Made by a program: the position numbers and the translations under genes. Below the pieces are notes generated by a model. It was not told where the DNA came from, ran no database searches, and worked only from the letters and a program-made list of their open reading frames with translations. 64,000 nt of DNA from Octopus bimaculoides (lineage: Eukaryota). This document shows positions 38,421 to 52,761 of the stretch, one piece after another. Numbering within the stretch: the first letter of the stretch is position 1; every line of letters starts with the position of its first letter. Location: the NCBI RefSeq assembly GCF_001194135.2, contig NC_068992.1, forward strand, positions 4,851,493 to 4,915,492. Direction: 5' to 3'.

Positions 38421-41093
38421 TTTTCGTTCCGCTTAAAGGTGCCAAAATGTTTTATGAAACATGGACGGCATGGTCTCGAAGCGAATTCTTACAACGTCAA
38501 GGCTTCGTTAACCAGTCGATTATTCTCCTGTGCAGAGTGTAATACACTGTAATAAATGCGGTAAACGTTCGTAAATTGTGCACTTTTACTCCCTCGTAAT
38601 GTAATATAAACATTTGAATCTAATATGCTCATTTTATTCTAGGTTCACATTTACCATCATTCCATTTCCACTTGAGATACATTATTTTAATTCTTCTTTA
38701 GAATTATATAAGTGTCTACAGATAAATTGAATCCTTCTTTTCGCTTTCATTCATTGATCTGACTGGTTCATTTTAATAATATAATGTGTAATATTAGAAA
38801 CATTTGAACGTTACAACCTCCCATAGAGTCGTCACTAGTATTATAAATTCCACACTTATACGAAAGGCAATTATTTATGAAAACCAACTTTATCTAATTT
38901 CTTCGCGATATATTCACAGTATAAATTTGAAGTGCATTCTGAAAACACAGGTTGTGTATCTTCAAAGAAAAAGTGTAAATTGAAAGTTGTCTGAAATTCT
39001 ATATTCTCGTTAAACTAAAAACGGATCATTTTTCTAACCAAAGAAAAGTTAGAAATTTTGAAAATATTTTTCTAACGCAACAGATATTAGTACGTGCAAG
39101 CTCTCTTATAAACTAATAATTTTTCTGTGAACATATTAATCGAAAAATTTATGAATTATATACTTTTTTTTATAAAATTTCTAAAATTGATCGCGTGTTG
39201 AGAAATTTATTGAAAACAGTGTATCACCTTACAGAAAAACTTTAATATATGAGAAAATTGAAAGTAAGTCAACTTAACACTCTCCAAGATTACTAATATA
39301 ACGCTTTGTTAAATAAGCTCAAGTTTACCAACCACTAGAGCTATGGCCCTTTGTGCATTATAACATCAAACTTTGAAGTGACTAAATGAGTGTAAATTCA
39401 GTTAATAGAACTATGTTTCAATGAGATTTCTCACTGGAATATTGGAAAAAAAACTGTTTTGAAATTGTATTATATAAATAAAATCATAGGTAATTTAATG
39501 TGAAACTCACATTAAATCACCACAATGAAGTGGACAATAATTTTAGTTTGATTTTATGTATACGTATATATAAATATATACATACAGACATACATTCTTA
39601 CACATGCATGCACACACACGTACACACATGCACACATATATACATATACTCAAAGGAAATATTTTGATACTGCTTTTTCTCCATAACACGTGTTTCATTT
39701 GGTAGTAGGAATTAAAATGTTTTACATTATAAGTAGACATGTAAAGAATATTTCATTAGAAATTTATGCATTCCAAACATCATGAAATTAGTAATTTATC
39801 TTTGAATTAATACAAAGTATATCTATATCTGAAAAGCCACGACAATGAGCTATTTTTATTTGCTTGACAATCAATGAGTTAATACTGAATGTTAATACAT
39901 CCTGTCTGTTATGTTTAGTATTCCACTGTATATTATATGGTAATCTGGATATATCATCTCCATCTTATAAACCAACGGTTAGTTTTCATAACACATGATG
40001 TACTGTACAATTACTAACTATATGAAGATTGATAAGAGAGAATGTTTTATACGCTACAAGTCAGGCTATCTGAAAATCCACAAAGTAGCGAAAGAGATTG
40101 CATGTATAACAAATATCGAAAAATGCTGTCAGCAAATCATTTTAATATATCCCTTATAATTGTTTTATCATTCTCCAATATGCCCATGTTCACATCATGT
40201 AAGCATGTTGGGAACTATTAATTGCCACCTAGCTGTTATGTAGGCGTTTTTGTAGCGTCCATAGAAAAATGTTCCTCAGATCTTAGCAAACCAGAAGAAG
40301 CTGGTTCACCCGGATATCCGGATATCTCATAAATGAATACATCCCTATACGTCGAAATTGGCGGGTCTAAGTTATTTTATTTATGCCAAGGACAGGAAGT
40401 AATTTGTATTTGGTAGTATTTAACATGATATAGAACTTCGTTCTTGCTGAGAACTTTGGTTGTCGCTGTTGGTATTCGAAAATGGTTAAGGTAATTTGTG
40501 ATACAGAATGAAAAAATAACATCGTTTTCCCCAGATTGGACCTTGTATATAAAACGTTGGATTCCCTTCAAATTGTGATGCTCTACTTCAAAAAACTGCA
40601 GAAGATACTGTAAAACATATACTCTGATGAAGTATTTTGGTTCTGCATCCAATTTCCCTTGGAAAATCGGTCCAAAAGGATACAAATTATCAAAATAACA
40701 TTGTTTGTCATAATTTCACGTACATTTGTTTTGTATATTATAACCAGTAATACTACTAAATAAGGTGGTAACTACACAACGATGTTAGAAAGGAAACGTC
40801 TGATGAAATATTTCGTAGTTAAAAAGTTGTAGCTATAAATCTAAATAATGAATGAACTATATGTATACACACATGTATACATAAGTATGTGTGCGGGTGT
40901 CTGTGATTGTGTAGTGTTTAAAGAGATGTAGAGATATTGTACATTAAGACAAGTGAGGCAGTAAGAATTTTGAATAATTCTTTATTAGTGCTTTCATCCA
41001 TTCATGAGGATTTTTGAAAATGAAATTTATAGAAAGTCGCTCGACTTTTAAACAAATAGAAAAGAGTTGAGGTGGAAACGATATATATATGTA

Positions 41094-41146
<53 letters not shown>

Positions 41147-41879
41147 GACATGGAAAATGACCTTGACACATACATAAATGAGCTGTGTAGGCCTAGTTAT
41201 AAGTACGATATATTCAGTTACTGTTTACGATGTGTATATAAGTTAGTGTACTGTATCCGAGCTGTCATGTATGTAATATCAGGAACACATCTACATTCAT
41301 AATCCACATCGTATAGGTGCTGTATGAAATTTTTCTGCCGCATTTGAGATGATGAAGTATTTTCGAAAGATTATTAGGTGTTATTTCTGTTGTATCGGCG
41401 TCACCAGACGAACACATAGGATCTCCCAAGACATATAAATAGAGGTAGTCTGGCCGTGGTAGTGTGTTGAGTAGCAGCCGAGTAGCTTTTGAGTAGAGGT
41501 CGAGTAGCAGATGTGTAGCGGTTGAATATAGATCATCGGAAAGTGCTAGATAGCAGTAGCTTGAGACATAACAATTTCTTGCATATTACTCTCATTCATT
41601 CATTTCATTTTCTTCTATAATATTATGAGACATGGAAGCAATATAAAAATATTATAGCTGCTGTTTTCCTACACCAAATCGATACAAAATTATGCAAATA
41701 AATGTGAATTAAAATAAATTCCATTCCTGAAGAATGAAGTCTTTTTTTTATTACCGTTTTAACATTAATGTTAAAAATTTGCTATAGTTAAAGGTGCTTC
41801 ACTCAGACTGAATAGAACACCAACGAGAAGTCCAAAAGAAAATTATTATTCAACTAACGGTACACATAACATTTTTCGT

Positions 41880-41916
<37 letters not shown>

Positions 41917-41951
41917 ATATACGTATTATGTATGTATGGATATATACATAT

Positions 41952-42002
<51 letters not shown>

Positions 42003-42154
42003 GTATTATTTATCTATGTATTCATAGATATATATTATATATTTATATACATGTATCTGTATATGTATAAACACATCTACACACATATAGATAGCTAGAT
42101 AGATATGTGTATATACGTACATACACACACACATGCACATTCGCACACGCGCAT

Positions 42155-42191
<37 letters not shown>

Positions 42192-42292
42192 CATATATGC
42201 ATAGAGGCAAATCACTTGCTATTATGCAATAACTTCGTAAACAGATATCTTCTATCTACATGATATTTATAACCACACCGCTTTACACCCAC

Positions 42293-42310
42293 CTGTACTT
42301 AATGATACAA
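42293..42310 (-). CDS. Candidate 18-nt micro-exon (VVSLST), continuing the signal peptide
   Basis: ctatttttttttcag|TTGTATCATTAAGTACAG|gtgggt. Phase 1-1, 358 nt downstream of the ATG exon, and it extends the hydrophobic stretch in frame. Confidence 0.45.
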
Positions 42311-42667
42311 CTGAAAAAAAAATAGCTTTATTCTGATGTGCTCTGTAGAAGTGACAGTAGATACTTTATAAGTGCTTTATAATTGCTTTTGTTAGAAAAC
42401 TTAATATTTTGTCTTCGGAATATATGTATTCTATTAAATATTTGAATGCCTATTGAAAGAAAACAAGGCGAATTCCATATTAGTTTATTTTGTTGAAGCA
42501 AAGTAGCATTGGCATTCAGAATACTTTCTATGTATTAAAGCAAAACAAAAATGAAAAATATGGTTTGAATTATTAGCTGCAGTGAATGAAGTCTCACAAG
42601 AGAATAATTAATAAAATTTATGTGACAGGTATATTGAATCATGTGAATTCCAAAGACAGAGGCTTAC

Positions 42668-42704
42668 CAATTACCAGGCTGCAAACCAGAATCAACACTT
42701 CCAT
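42668..42704 (-). CDS. Candidate first coding exon (exon 42709-42668) of a secreted or membrane protein; signal-peptide-like MEVLILVCSLVI
   Basis: Acceptor aatcttattttcctcttcag, then CAGCC ATG G (Kozak-like GCCATGG), 12 mostly hydrophobic codons and the donor TTG|gtaagc. A phase-1 intron after a signal peptide is a common layout for secreted-protein genes. Confidence 0.55.
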
Positions 42705-44116
42705 GGCTGCTGAAGAGGAAAATAAGATTAATTCCCTCAAACAACACCACAGGTACCTAAAACTACTGACCTCTGACATGATTGCAATATTGCTCAAAAT
42801 CATAATGGCTGATCTCTACAGCAAACTATTTGCTCAACTGACGAGCAGTTTTCTTGTAGAGGCCAGATACATTTCATTTGGGTTAAGGTTAAAATAAACA
42901 ACTGCGAATAGGGAGAAAATCGAGACATGTGTCACGTTTATTATTGATATTGCAATTATTCTGTGTAACCTATGCAGTTTCACTATTAATGATTCCTCAA
43001 GATAACCAAAGTAAAACAAAGAAAATTTCCATGGAAATTATCAGAATTTTTGTACACGTAAAAAAAAAATGTTTGTACTCATAAAAGTTAGAATCTTTTT
43101 TCTCTTGGCAACTTAAACCTCTGACTCCGTTGAATGGGTATTTCAAGAGAAGTCGCCAATAAATATAGATGTAAATGATAAAACACACACCGTTTTCACT
43201 TCATGAATGAAAGATTTTTACAAGACATCAATGCTGTTTGGAATCTACTATTATTGTTATTATCAGACGAGATCTCAAAAGAGATTCGTAGTGTAATTAT
43301 GACAGAACAAAGAAAAAAGTTAGTTGATGTAAATAAAACCTGCTCGTTAAATTGAATATACACAGTAAACTCACATAGTTAAACATGAAGCATTCGTAGA
43401 CTTCATTAACATTTGGGGGATATGATATAATGATTTTTAACTTTTAATTTGCTTCAGTAATTAAATTACGGTTACGAAAGCTGAATGCCTTGAATAATTA
43501 TAGTCGAACGAACCTATCTCTGTATTTATTTCTTTTAATCCTGATGTTCATCCCAATGGATCCTTTCCCGAAATTTTCACGTACGTGGACACAGACCCAC
43601 CAATATCAGTTCTCCAATGATGGTGAGGGACAAACACACTCACACAAACACAGGTACGCAGAAAAACACACAAACACACAAACATTAACACATAAATATC
43701 GAGAGAATGCTGAAAATGTACTGCATTTAAAGGTATCGCGAAAGGCAACGTTCCGAGTATTCACAGACCTTCGAAAAAACGAAAGACCGCTGTCTTTTTT
43801 AAGTGTGTATCATAATTGACTGATGCTTCTGTATTTACTTTTAAGCAAAGTGAAGGACATTTCAGCGCAAATTGTGTGCGCATGTATATATATATATATA
43901 TATATNNNNNNNNNNNNNNNNNNNNNNNNNNNNNNNNNNNNNNNNNNNNNNNNNNNNNNNNNNNNNNNNNNNNNNNNNNNNNNNNNNNNNNNNNNNNNNN
44001 NNNNNNNNNNNNNNNNNNNNNNNNNNNNNNNNNNNNNNNNNNNNNNNNNNNNNNNNNNNNNNNNNNNNNNNNNNNNNNNNNNNNNNNNNNNNNNNNNNNN
44101 NNNNNNNNNNNNNNNN

Positions 44117-44151
<35 letters not shown>

Positions 44152-45011
44152 ACAAGGTATGAATAAATCTCAGTATTTCGTTTTCGTTGTACATATTAAA
44201 TTTGACTTATAGCTGTCTGAAGCAAAACTTGTGGTCTGTATCACTGCGCAAAGAAACAGCACAACTGGAGTAAAGCCATGGATTTACAATATAAAATGGT
44301 GATGGAATATAACATCGGACTCTGCCACAAGAATACGCAGAGTTCTTTACCAATCTAAACAATATTGTTAGCCTGGTGTACTAATTGAGAACTCATAAAG
44401 CATTTTACCCGGATTGATAATCCTTCACTGATAACAGAGTTATTAGTAAGAGATTATATGCACAGAAACACAAACGCACACACTCACACAAATACATTTC
44501 CATAAAACTAAGACATACAACTGAAACCCACACACCACAAATTCCAGAAGGGTTTAAAAAAAAGCAAATATACACTCATACATATGCACAAACATACAAA
44601 AATACACATGCACACATGCATACACACACTTATACCACTGAAAATATGCACACAGAGAGACAAAACTACACACACACATAGAAAAACAACACACACACCT
44701 AAAACAAACAACTACACGCACATATACACGCCAGCCACAATATTCAAAACAGGTTTCCAAAATCCAAAAGCAACACACATAAACACTCTAATCTAACACA
44801 CAAAATAACACACACACGTGCGCGCGCGTATACACACACGTAGAAACACACATGCTCACATACACACAATAAAGTCAATGGCGAATAATTCCTCTCAAAA
44901 TCTTTGAATGGCAATCCTGGAAAGGATCTCATAACCACGAATCTATATTCTCTCAAGAGAAAGAGGAATGAAATAAGAATGTTTTGACAATATATTCCAA
45001 AACACACACAA

Positions 45012-45043
<32 letters not shown>

Positions 45044-48000
45044 TTTAATCTCTCCCTCTCTCTTTCTCTCTCTCTCTCTCTGTCTTTATCTCTCTCCATC
45101 TCTCTGAATACGCATAATATTAACAAGAAATATCAAAAGTAGGTCATGCTACTTTAGATAACAGAGTTATATAAAGAATATATTAGACGGGAATTTTACG
45201 GGATCGTAATCTCTCCTATTGAAAAACATTGCTTTCGTGAATTGTGTTTCCTCAATAAAGATCCTTAAACATTGGAAGTTAATAGGGATTACGTTATAGT
45301 TCAAATCGTAAGAACATGAGACAATTATTGATACAAGATATAAAAGAGATGACCGAAATCATACCTAGTAGCAAATCTACCTCTCCTGACAGTTTGTATT
45401 AGGAAATCCGTCCCTCATGAAGTGGCTGGAAAATAGAGAATCCGTCTATAACAATCTATATAAGGCTATAATTCTCGTGGGATAAGAATCAATAACAGCT
45501 CTAAATGGTCAATCATATCGGCAAAACATTTCATACCCAACCAAAAGAGTGTATAAAATGTATTTCCGAGGTGCATATACTCTTGGTAAGCAAGCATACG
45601 CGTTTCCTCCAGGGCCCACCCAAATTACTTTAAGCGAGGTAATTTTCGTCGAAATTTCACACACGGTATATTCATTTGAAATATAATTCTAGGAAGGAAT
45701 TCAATCAGTAAAATAAACATGAATGGAAAATTCCAAATTATTTTGATGGACAGAAGAAACTACATATGATCTTACTTCATGAACTTATGACGCAATGCAA
45801 ATGCAAACACAGAGAGGAGCAGAGGTAGAGTCGTTAGATGAGGATTTCCGTGGCAACACAAGCCCATATATTAATGTTATGCTCATGAAGACATATAGGT
45901 TGCTTACTCAATATCATATAATCTCACATGGATTATTGATTTATTATAATGTGAATAACTTTCAATATATTCGGAGGTTTATTGTTTCATGCTTTTCCAG
46001 TGGGTAGCCATGTAATAAACCTCTATCAAAATTGAGTCGACCGTAACGGTGCACAGCGTCATTTGGCTTATAATTTTATTTAAGAGGGAAAGATATGTAT
46101 TAATAAATCTTCTCTTGTGTTGAAAATAATCCTCACTGAGAGCTTGTTATATTAAAATAGATTTACTGCATATGGTTACAGCTGTGTAAGCTGTAAAATC
46201 GATTGCCATTCATCTCACTAACATGAGAACGTTCTAGGAGACACGATACAGAAATGCATTTGGAAATGCAACCGTGTTTATTATATCCATGTATTAGGAT
46301 CTTGTTATACAAATACCCATTTTATGTCGGTTAATGAACAGAAAACATACCCACTGATAGCAAATTCCCAAGACTTAACCGATTTATAGCTTAAACTATA
46401 GAATATATTAAATGGTTGTTTTCAACGTTAAGTACCTTGGGGGAAAAAACCGAAATGTCGTCTCGTTCCCGTCTTTTATAAACACATCCATCGTTTTCTA
46501 TCAATATATATGATGTAGGTAAATAACCATGAAATATAACATATTATTGGAAAGATGTCTAGAGCCATTTTTCTTTCTCTAAGCATCGGGTTATTTATTG
46601 GAAGCAACAAAAACAACTTAGGATATTATTTTCATTTACATTTGAGTATTATTAAATTTAAGAAATAATGAAATTGAGAGAAGATACAAGTAATCGGTGA
46701 GGCAAGCATGTGAGAGTCACATGGATTGCTCAAAATCTTAAATCGCTGTTGCTGCGCCCTAATTTGTAATATATATAACTATCATTAAGCCCATCTAACT
46801 CTGTATGTATGTATGCATGTATGTATGTATGTTTGTATGTGTGTATGTATGCATCGTTCTCTCTGTCTGTCTGTCTCTCAGTCTGTTATTCTGCTTGTCT
46901 GTCTGTTTGTGTATGTATGTATGTATGCATATATGCATGTATGTATGTGTGTATATATATAGTTTCTCCTGGGGGTTAAAAGCAACAGTAGCATTCACCC
47001 TTAGGGTCTAGCTGCATTTAAGTGGCAAATATACTTCACGTATATCATCATCATCATCATCAACATAGGGTAAAAAATCAGATATTAATTAATATCGATT
47101 TATTACCAGGAAGCTAGCACATTGAAAGAATCAGAGATTCAGAAAAATATCTGAGATGTTAGGAGATTAAAGTATATGTTTATATATAACGATGACCACT
47201 AAAGTGGACATTTAATGTGCTAGAAGAAGATCACATGTTGTGTCTACTAAGACCTGATAGTTCTCAAAAGAAATTCAACGAAATACCAAACCGTATGCGG
47301 GCAAGACAGTGAAAAACTACATAAATAAAATTGAAACATTGTTATTCGTGCACTAGTTTCGGAATTAATATTCTCTTATCGAAAATATCTCTCCCGCTTT
47401 AGTTTGCTAAGTGATAGCCCACCACAGTTCACTCTTAAGAGAAGTGTAGGTTGCATGTTTCATATATCTTTCAAACTCATTAATTTATAGAGAACTTTTT
47501 AATCTATTAAATCTAATACTAGTAATTAGTTAACACTGTTTTACACAAAACATAAATGATTAGTGGAAAGCTAACATCGGTTGGTATCGAACAGATACTG
47601 TAGGTGCTTGTAACTAAATCAACAACTGTTTATTAAAATTCTCTACTCGATTTTACGATCATACGATCTGGCGTACAACCCATGCTTTATGTTGTGTTTT
47701 AGCTTGCGTGTATGTTTGGGTGCATTTTGTGAGTGTCGGCACTTGTTTTCCTTTCATTTTCATTTTTTTATGCATGTACTTTTTATATTAATATTCTGAT
47801 ATATAGAATGTATAAATTACAAGTTCTTGATAAAAGTTACAAACCTGAGTACATTTTGTTAATTTCGGAAAGGTAAAATAACATGTTATCAACAAACAAC
47901 TGCGAAATACAGCTACATGGGAAAATACTGCTTATGTATGATAATATTATCTGTTTCGTAACAGAAACAGTCCGTTAATAAACGAACAGATCAGAATTTA

Positions 48001-48678
48001 AAAAAAGTGTGGAGAAAAACAAATATGGTTAGCGCTTCATTATAATTCTCAGGAATGATAAGTTCGGTAAAATATATTTACTGTATATTTTCGCAAATAT
48101 TGCTTAGCAGATACATGTTCCTTGACGCTGCATACGTATCTGTAATTCTCAAACACAATTACTCTATAAAAATTACATCTCTTCCTGCAGATTATCGTTA
48201 TTTTCACCATCGCCATAATCATTGTCATTATTGTGCTCATTCTCGTTATCTTTACCCTCTTCATCACCATCCTTATAATCATCATAATGTTTTCTTTGCT
48301 GATAGTTTGTATTAAACGAGCTGTTACTAAACTCACTCAAAAACAGGTTTTAGTGCGGGGTTATGTATGAATAGTGACAACGTATTTAAAGAAAGACAGC
48401 GAAATACTGGGAAAGAAGTTTAATTTAAATGCTTGAAATAAGCATACAACCTTGAAATAATGTGATAATATCTAAATATTTCTCTGATAAGAAGTGTTCT
48501 ATTAGGATGTTGATTGTGACCGTATATTCTGATAATTTTGGTTTTTTTCCCTCATTTGATCATTGATTTCTTGATAGCATATATAGTATCCCTAAAATAC
48601 CAATAACCACTGACACAGTTGTCAATCTTAAATTCCACATGCTTGAGCCTTGTTTCATGATTGTTATGTTTACTTCAC

Positions 48679-48762
48679 CTTTCAATCGTTCACAAGGAGT
48701 TCTTGCAGTCTGCTGGAATTGGCTACTCCATGAGCAACGATGATATCTCAATTTATATATAT
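48679..48762 (-). promoter_or_regulatory. Possible TATA box and short non-coding first exon for the minus-strand gene
   Basis: Minus strand TATATATAAA (TATAAA at 48757-48752), then about 50 nt of GC-richer sequence ending AAG|gtgaag at 48679. Confidence 0.2.
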
Positions 48763-50190
48763 AACGTGTGTGAAATACGAAAATTATTATTCAACATTTT
48801 TATGATTACTTAATTTGAAATGCAGAAGGCAAGACTGAAAAACCATAGTTGTGTTCAGACGTCTTTAAACATCATATGGTAAGGTATATTACGTTTGGCA
48901 AACTTGAATTTAATCTGCAGTCGGATAATAAGCGGCACATGTGGAACAGGATGGATGGAATATCAGAAATTGCTGAGTTAAACGTTTATTAAGTTGTACT
49001 TAAGTTATTCCAAATCTGACAGTGATTCGTCAGACAATTAATAAAGTATGTATTTAGAATAATGTCACTCTAAGTAAAGCAATTCTTCACACTGCTAACA
49101 TAGGAGAGAATACAAAAAACAGGATAGAAATAATCCGCATTATGAAACACAGGAAATATGTATTAACAGAGTAAATATCATGTTACATTAAGCGATATAA
49201 TTATTCTCAATAAGTTCGTATTGTTAAATGGTATGAGAGTTCATGCGTTTCACTGAAATGAAGGATAACTCTATGCATTAAAATGTGTGCATACATTGAA
49301 AAGTGATTTGATAAGTACCAGGTGAGATAGTTAATGTTACGTGATTAATAAAAATCTAATGTGAATTATGAACTGTGTAAATTAACAGCGTATCTATTTG
49401 ATTAGCCATCTAAAGTGCATTTAAATAGGCTGAATGCTAGTGATAGAATTATTTCCCAACCGGGTTGGTATCAGTCTCTGGTGATTCATAGAGCGCAAAA
49501 GGATTTGTTATGCCTCATAGAGTTCTTACAAAATTACTGGAACAGTAATACCACGAATTATTAAATGATGTATATGACAAATCACACATTCCTTTCTGCG
49601 TTGATTGTTTTCCATGTTTCAATAACTAGAAAGCGGCCGTGGTGGAGCACCGCCCTTTTTCTTTCATATTTTTTTCACGCATCTTAATCTCGTAATATAA
49701 TATGTATTGAGCTCATTTTATCAAGTTAAGATTTATTTTGTAACTGCTTAAAATTTCAGAGGGAGCAACAGGTTAATCACAAACATGCATGTACTATACA
49801 TACGCCGGAATGTGTTTGTGTGTTGATAAGTCCATGTATGTGTGTGCATGTATGTACGTACATANNNNNNNNNNNNNNNNNNNNNNNNNNNNNNNNNNNN
49901 NNNNNNNNNNNNNNNNNNNNNNNNNNNNNNNNNNNNNNNNNNNNNNNNNNNNNNNNNNNNNNNNNNNNNNNNNNNNNNNNNNNNNNNNNNNNNNTATATA
50001 CACGTTTATCAGTTCGATTTGCAAGATTCCTGCTGTGAAGTTTTCTCTTGAAACAGATGTTGTATTTCGGGACGGTCATTCTTTTGTATTTCACAAATAA
50101 ACACACGCACTATATTTTTCTTCATTCGTTTATTACGGATCTTATTTTACAATTTGTTCTTTTTGGGGGGGGGGCGGATTTCCATTGTCC

Positions 50191-50367
50191 GGATATCTTT
50201 CGTCACACATCTGTGACCGCTTCAGTGACACTTTTCGTTCCTTCATGCGCACATAAGGATACATATCATAGAAAAACGGAATGGAGTACGTGGAGCAGGA
50301 TCACAAGCGGAAACGAAAAAAAAAAAGTGTCGCTGAAGATGTCACAGATGTGTGATGAGAGATTACC
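50191..50367. repeat. Long imperfect inverted repeat (foldback/MITE-like)
   Basis: The left arm ggatatctttcgtcacacatctgtgaccgcttcagtgacacttttcgttcc pairs with the right arm ggaaacg(a)n-gtgtcgctgaagatgtcacagatgtgtgatgagagattacc. Arms are about 50-58 bp and the spacer is about 70 bp. Confidence 0.85.
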
Positions 50368-50868
50368 TAGAGTTATACTGTTACGTTGTTTTATATTTAA
50401 ATTAATAAGAACAGCCAAAGTTTATAATAGATAACAGCATAAAAATCGCAGGGGTTCGAATTACCTAGAATTGCATATTGAAGGAATTCTCCGTATATGT
50501 GAAATGTTACATGGGCATAATGGAATTGGTATCGTATTGAAAACGAATTCCTGTTAAATATTGGCAGTAACACAAAGATTTCATTTACTCTGTCCTAACT
50601 TTACAAACACAGTTTGATCTACATACATTCTTGCAGACTTCAATTAATACTTGGCTACAGATTTCTTTTGGGGCGAGAAGTGTACAATGAACGTCTTATT
50701 ACAAGCGCGTGAAACAGCGGGTATCGAAACAACGATATGCATACACACTTAAGACGTTCCGGCAGATTTTAACGTGTTTATTCACGTTGTATATCCGTAC
50801 AGTTGAGGGAAAAGTCTTTTTTAGTTTGCTTTTTTGGTGTACAGACGGGTACAGAACATATATGTAAA

Positions 50869-51028
50869 GTGGAGGTTTGGCTGATGGTAATAAGCTTGTT
50901 TTCCTAGCACATAGTTCCGGATTCAGTCCTACTTCATGGCACACTGGGCTGGTGATTTCTATTATAGCTTCGGACCAACTAAATTCTTGTGAGTGCATTT
51001 TGTAGGGGGAAACGGAAAGAAGTCGTGT
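50869..51028 (+). mobile_element. Short tRNA-derived SINE (same family as 21112-21255)
   Basis: tggtaataagcttgttttcctagcacatagttccggattcagtcctacttcatggcacactggg...ctattatagcttcggaccaactaaattcttgtgagtgcatttt...gaaacggaaagaagtcg, followed by (AT)n. Confidence 0.75.
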
Positions 51029-51037
51029 GCATATATA

Positions 51038-51087
<50 letters not shown>

Positions 51088-51139
51088 CACACAAATATGT
51101 ATATATCACTGTGTGCGTATATGGTGTAAAATTGTTTAG

Positions 51140-51295
51140 CCTACCTAACTTAGCCGTTCGGCAAAACTGAACTATAGAATATGTACTAGGCAGAAAGAAA
51201 TAAGCCCTGGACTCGATTTTTGTGACTAAAACCCCTTAAGACTGTTCTCCAGTATGGTCGTAGTCAACTGACTGAAACATGTAAAAGAATACGAG
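51140..51295 (+). mobile_element. SINE 3' half
   Basis: ccctggactcgatttttgtgactaaaaccccttaagactgttctccagtatggtcgtagtcaactgactgaaacatgtaaaagaata, the same tail as 17800-17918. Confidence 0.65.
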
Positions 51296-52329
51296 AAACA
51301 TTATAACAAAATTACTTTATGACGTGTGAAGGTGATGCCTAAAATGGAAGGAATATAAAAAAAAAAGGATATGTATTATTTTTAAGCAAATCTCACTATT
51401 TCAGATGCGATCTGAAGCAATCACACATTAGCAGCAGCTGTTACAAATTGCATACAGTTTACACAAGTTCAATTGGTCATAAATCTCCATCTGGTAAATA
51501 AGAGCAAAATATATATTTAATGCATTCAACTGTAAAATAATTAAACAGATAAAGTATATTAAAAGTTCATTTCTACAACAGAGCAAGAAAATTTATTTCC
51601 AATTCAATTTCGATCAATTTTTGCTGAAGGCAAACAAAAGTTATGTGTTTTATATTTATAGAAATAGCACATGATGTGGCTATTTTATAAATTAGAAGAT
51701 TATAGATTTATGATTATTTGGAATCTTGAATTCATATACCCTCGTTTGCAATCGAAATATAAAAAATGTCAACGACATTTCTTGATTTCTGCTAAAATTA
51801 AAATTTAATTATTTAAACGTTTATTACAAGCTGAAGCTCATTAATATGACGAGATTTTTTTACACATTATATACTTATAAGTAGAAGAAAAAAATCTATC
51901 TCATTAATTACTGATATCACCCACATAAGCTCCAAATAAACCTTCAATAATTGAAAGTAAAGAACGTAAAAGAAACAAGGGATAAGTCCGATAATTCCTC
52001 TATGTGTGCGTACTCTGGGTCTGGAATAATCGTCGCCACCACCACTTATTAATTGTCCAGATCTCCTCCGCCCACCTTATTGATTTTTCAGAATCACCCC
52101 CACACCTTTATTCCCCACCCCGCTTTTCTAAGCTATATATATTGAAACAGCAGCTGGAGAATCTAATCTTTTTTTTGCATTTAATATATTATATAAATAT
52201 GACAAGAAAAAAAAAACTTTGCAAGTAATACCATATGTTATAAAATGAATAGGATATATAAATTAAATAACTAATTCTGATTTGAAAAAAGCAATCAAGA
52301 GTGACAGCCTAGAAACCTTTAAATAATAA

Positions 52330-52560
52330 TTTCTCATTTAGGCACAAGACCAACAATTTGTGGGGTGAGACATGTGGATTAAAGCGGCTTAGTACATTAC
52401 TGGTGGTTTATTTTATCGACCCCGTAGGAATGAAATGTAAAACCAACCTCGATGGGTTTGAAATCAGAATGTATTGGGCCATAAGTCTATGCCGCAAGGC
52501 ACGTTGCTCGATGCTTAGGGACAAGGCCAGTATTTTGAAGGGAAAGGGAAAGTCGATTAA
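52330..52560 (-). mobile_element. Degenerate SINE copy or copies
   Basis: tttaggcacaagaccaacaatttgtggggt...ctggtggtttattttatcgaccccgtaggaatgaaatgtaaaaccaacctcg, followed by a second partial tail (gggacaaggccagtattttgaaggg). Confidence 0.7.
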
Positions 52561-52724
52561 ACTAATTCCCGTTACAAGTATAAAACAACAAACTCTGGGG
52601 AATATATTATTACTTTGACTAAAATAAATTGTGTATCAGCATGATGGAAAAGAAAAAGAATGAACGGATGACAGACATGGGAAGAAAACCTGTACTGTTC
52701 TATTTGTTTTCATATATATGAACG

Positions 52725-52761
<37 letters not shown>

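Noticed and set aside
41430-41560. TATAAATAG followed by repeated GAGTAG motifs, LTR-like
   Set aside because: No second copy, no TG...CA ends, no PBS or PPT visible.
42586-42897. 103-aa plus-strand ORF
   Set aside because: No recognisable motif. It is the antisense of the better-supported minus-strand ATG exon.
48191-48300. Stretch reading as about 40 hydrophobic residues (+), His-rich (+, another frame) or Asp/Asn/Glu-rich (-)
   Set aside because: It is best explained as a decayed (ATC/GAT)n trinucleotide repeat, which gives these compositions automatically. No good donor site.
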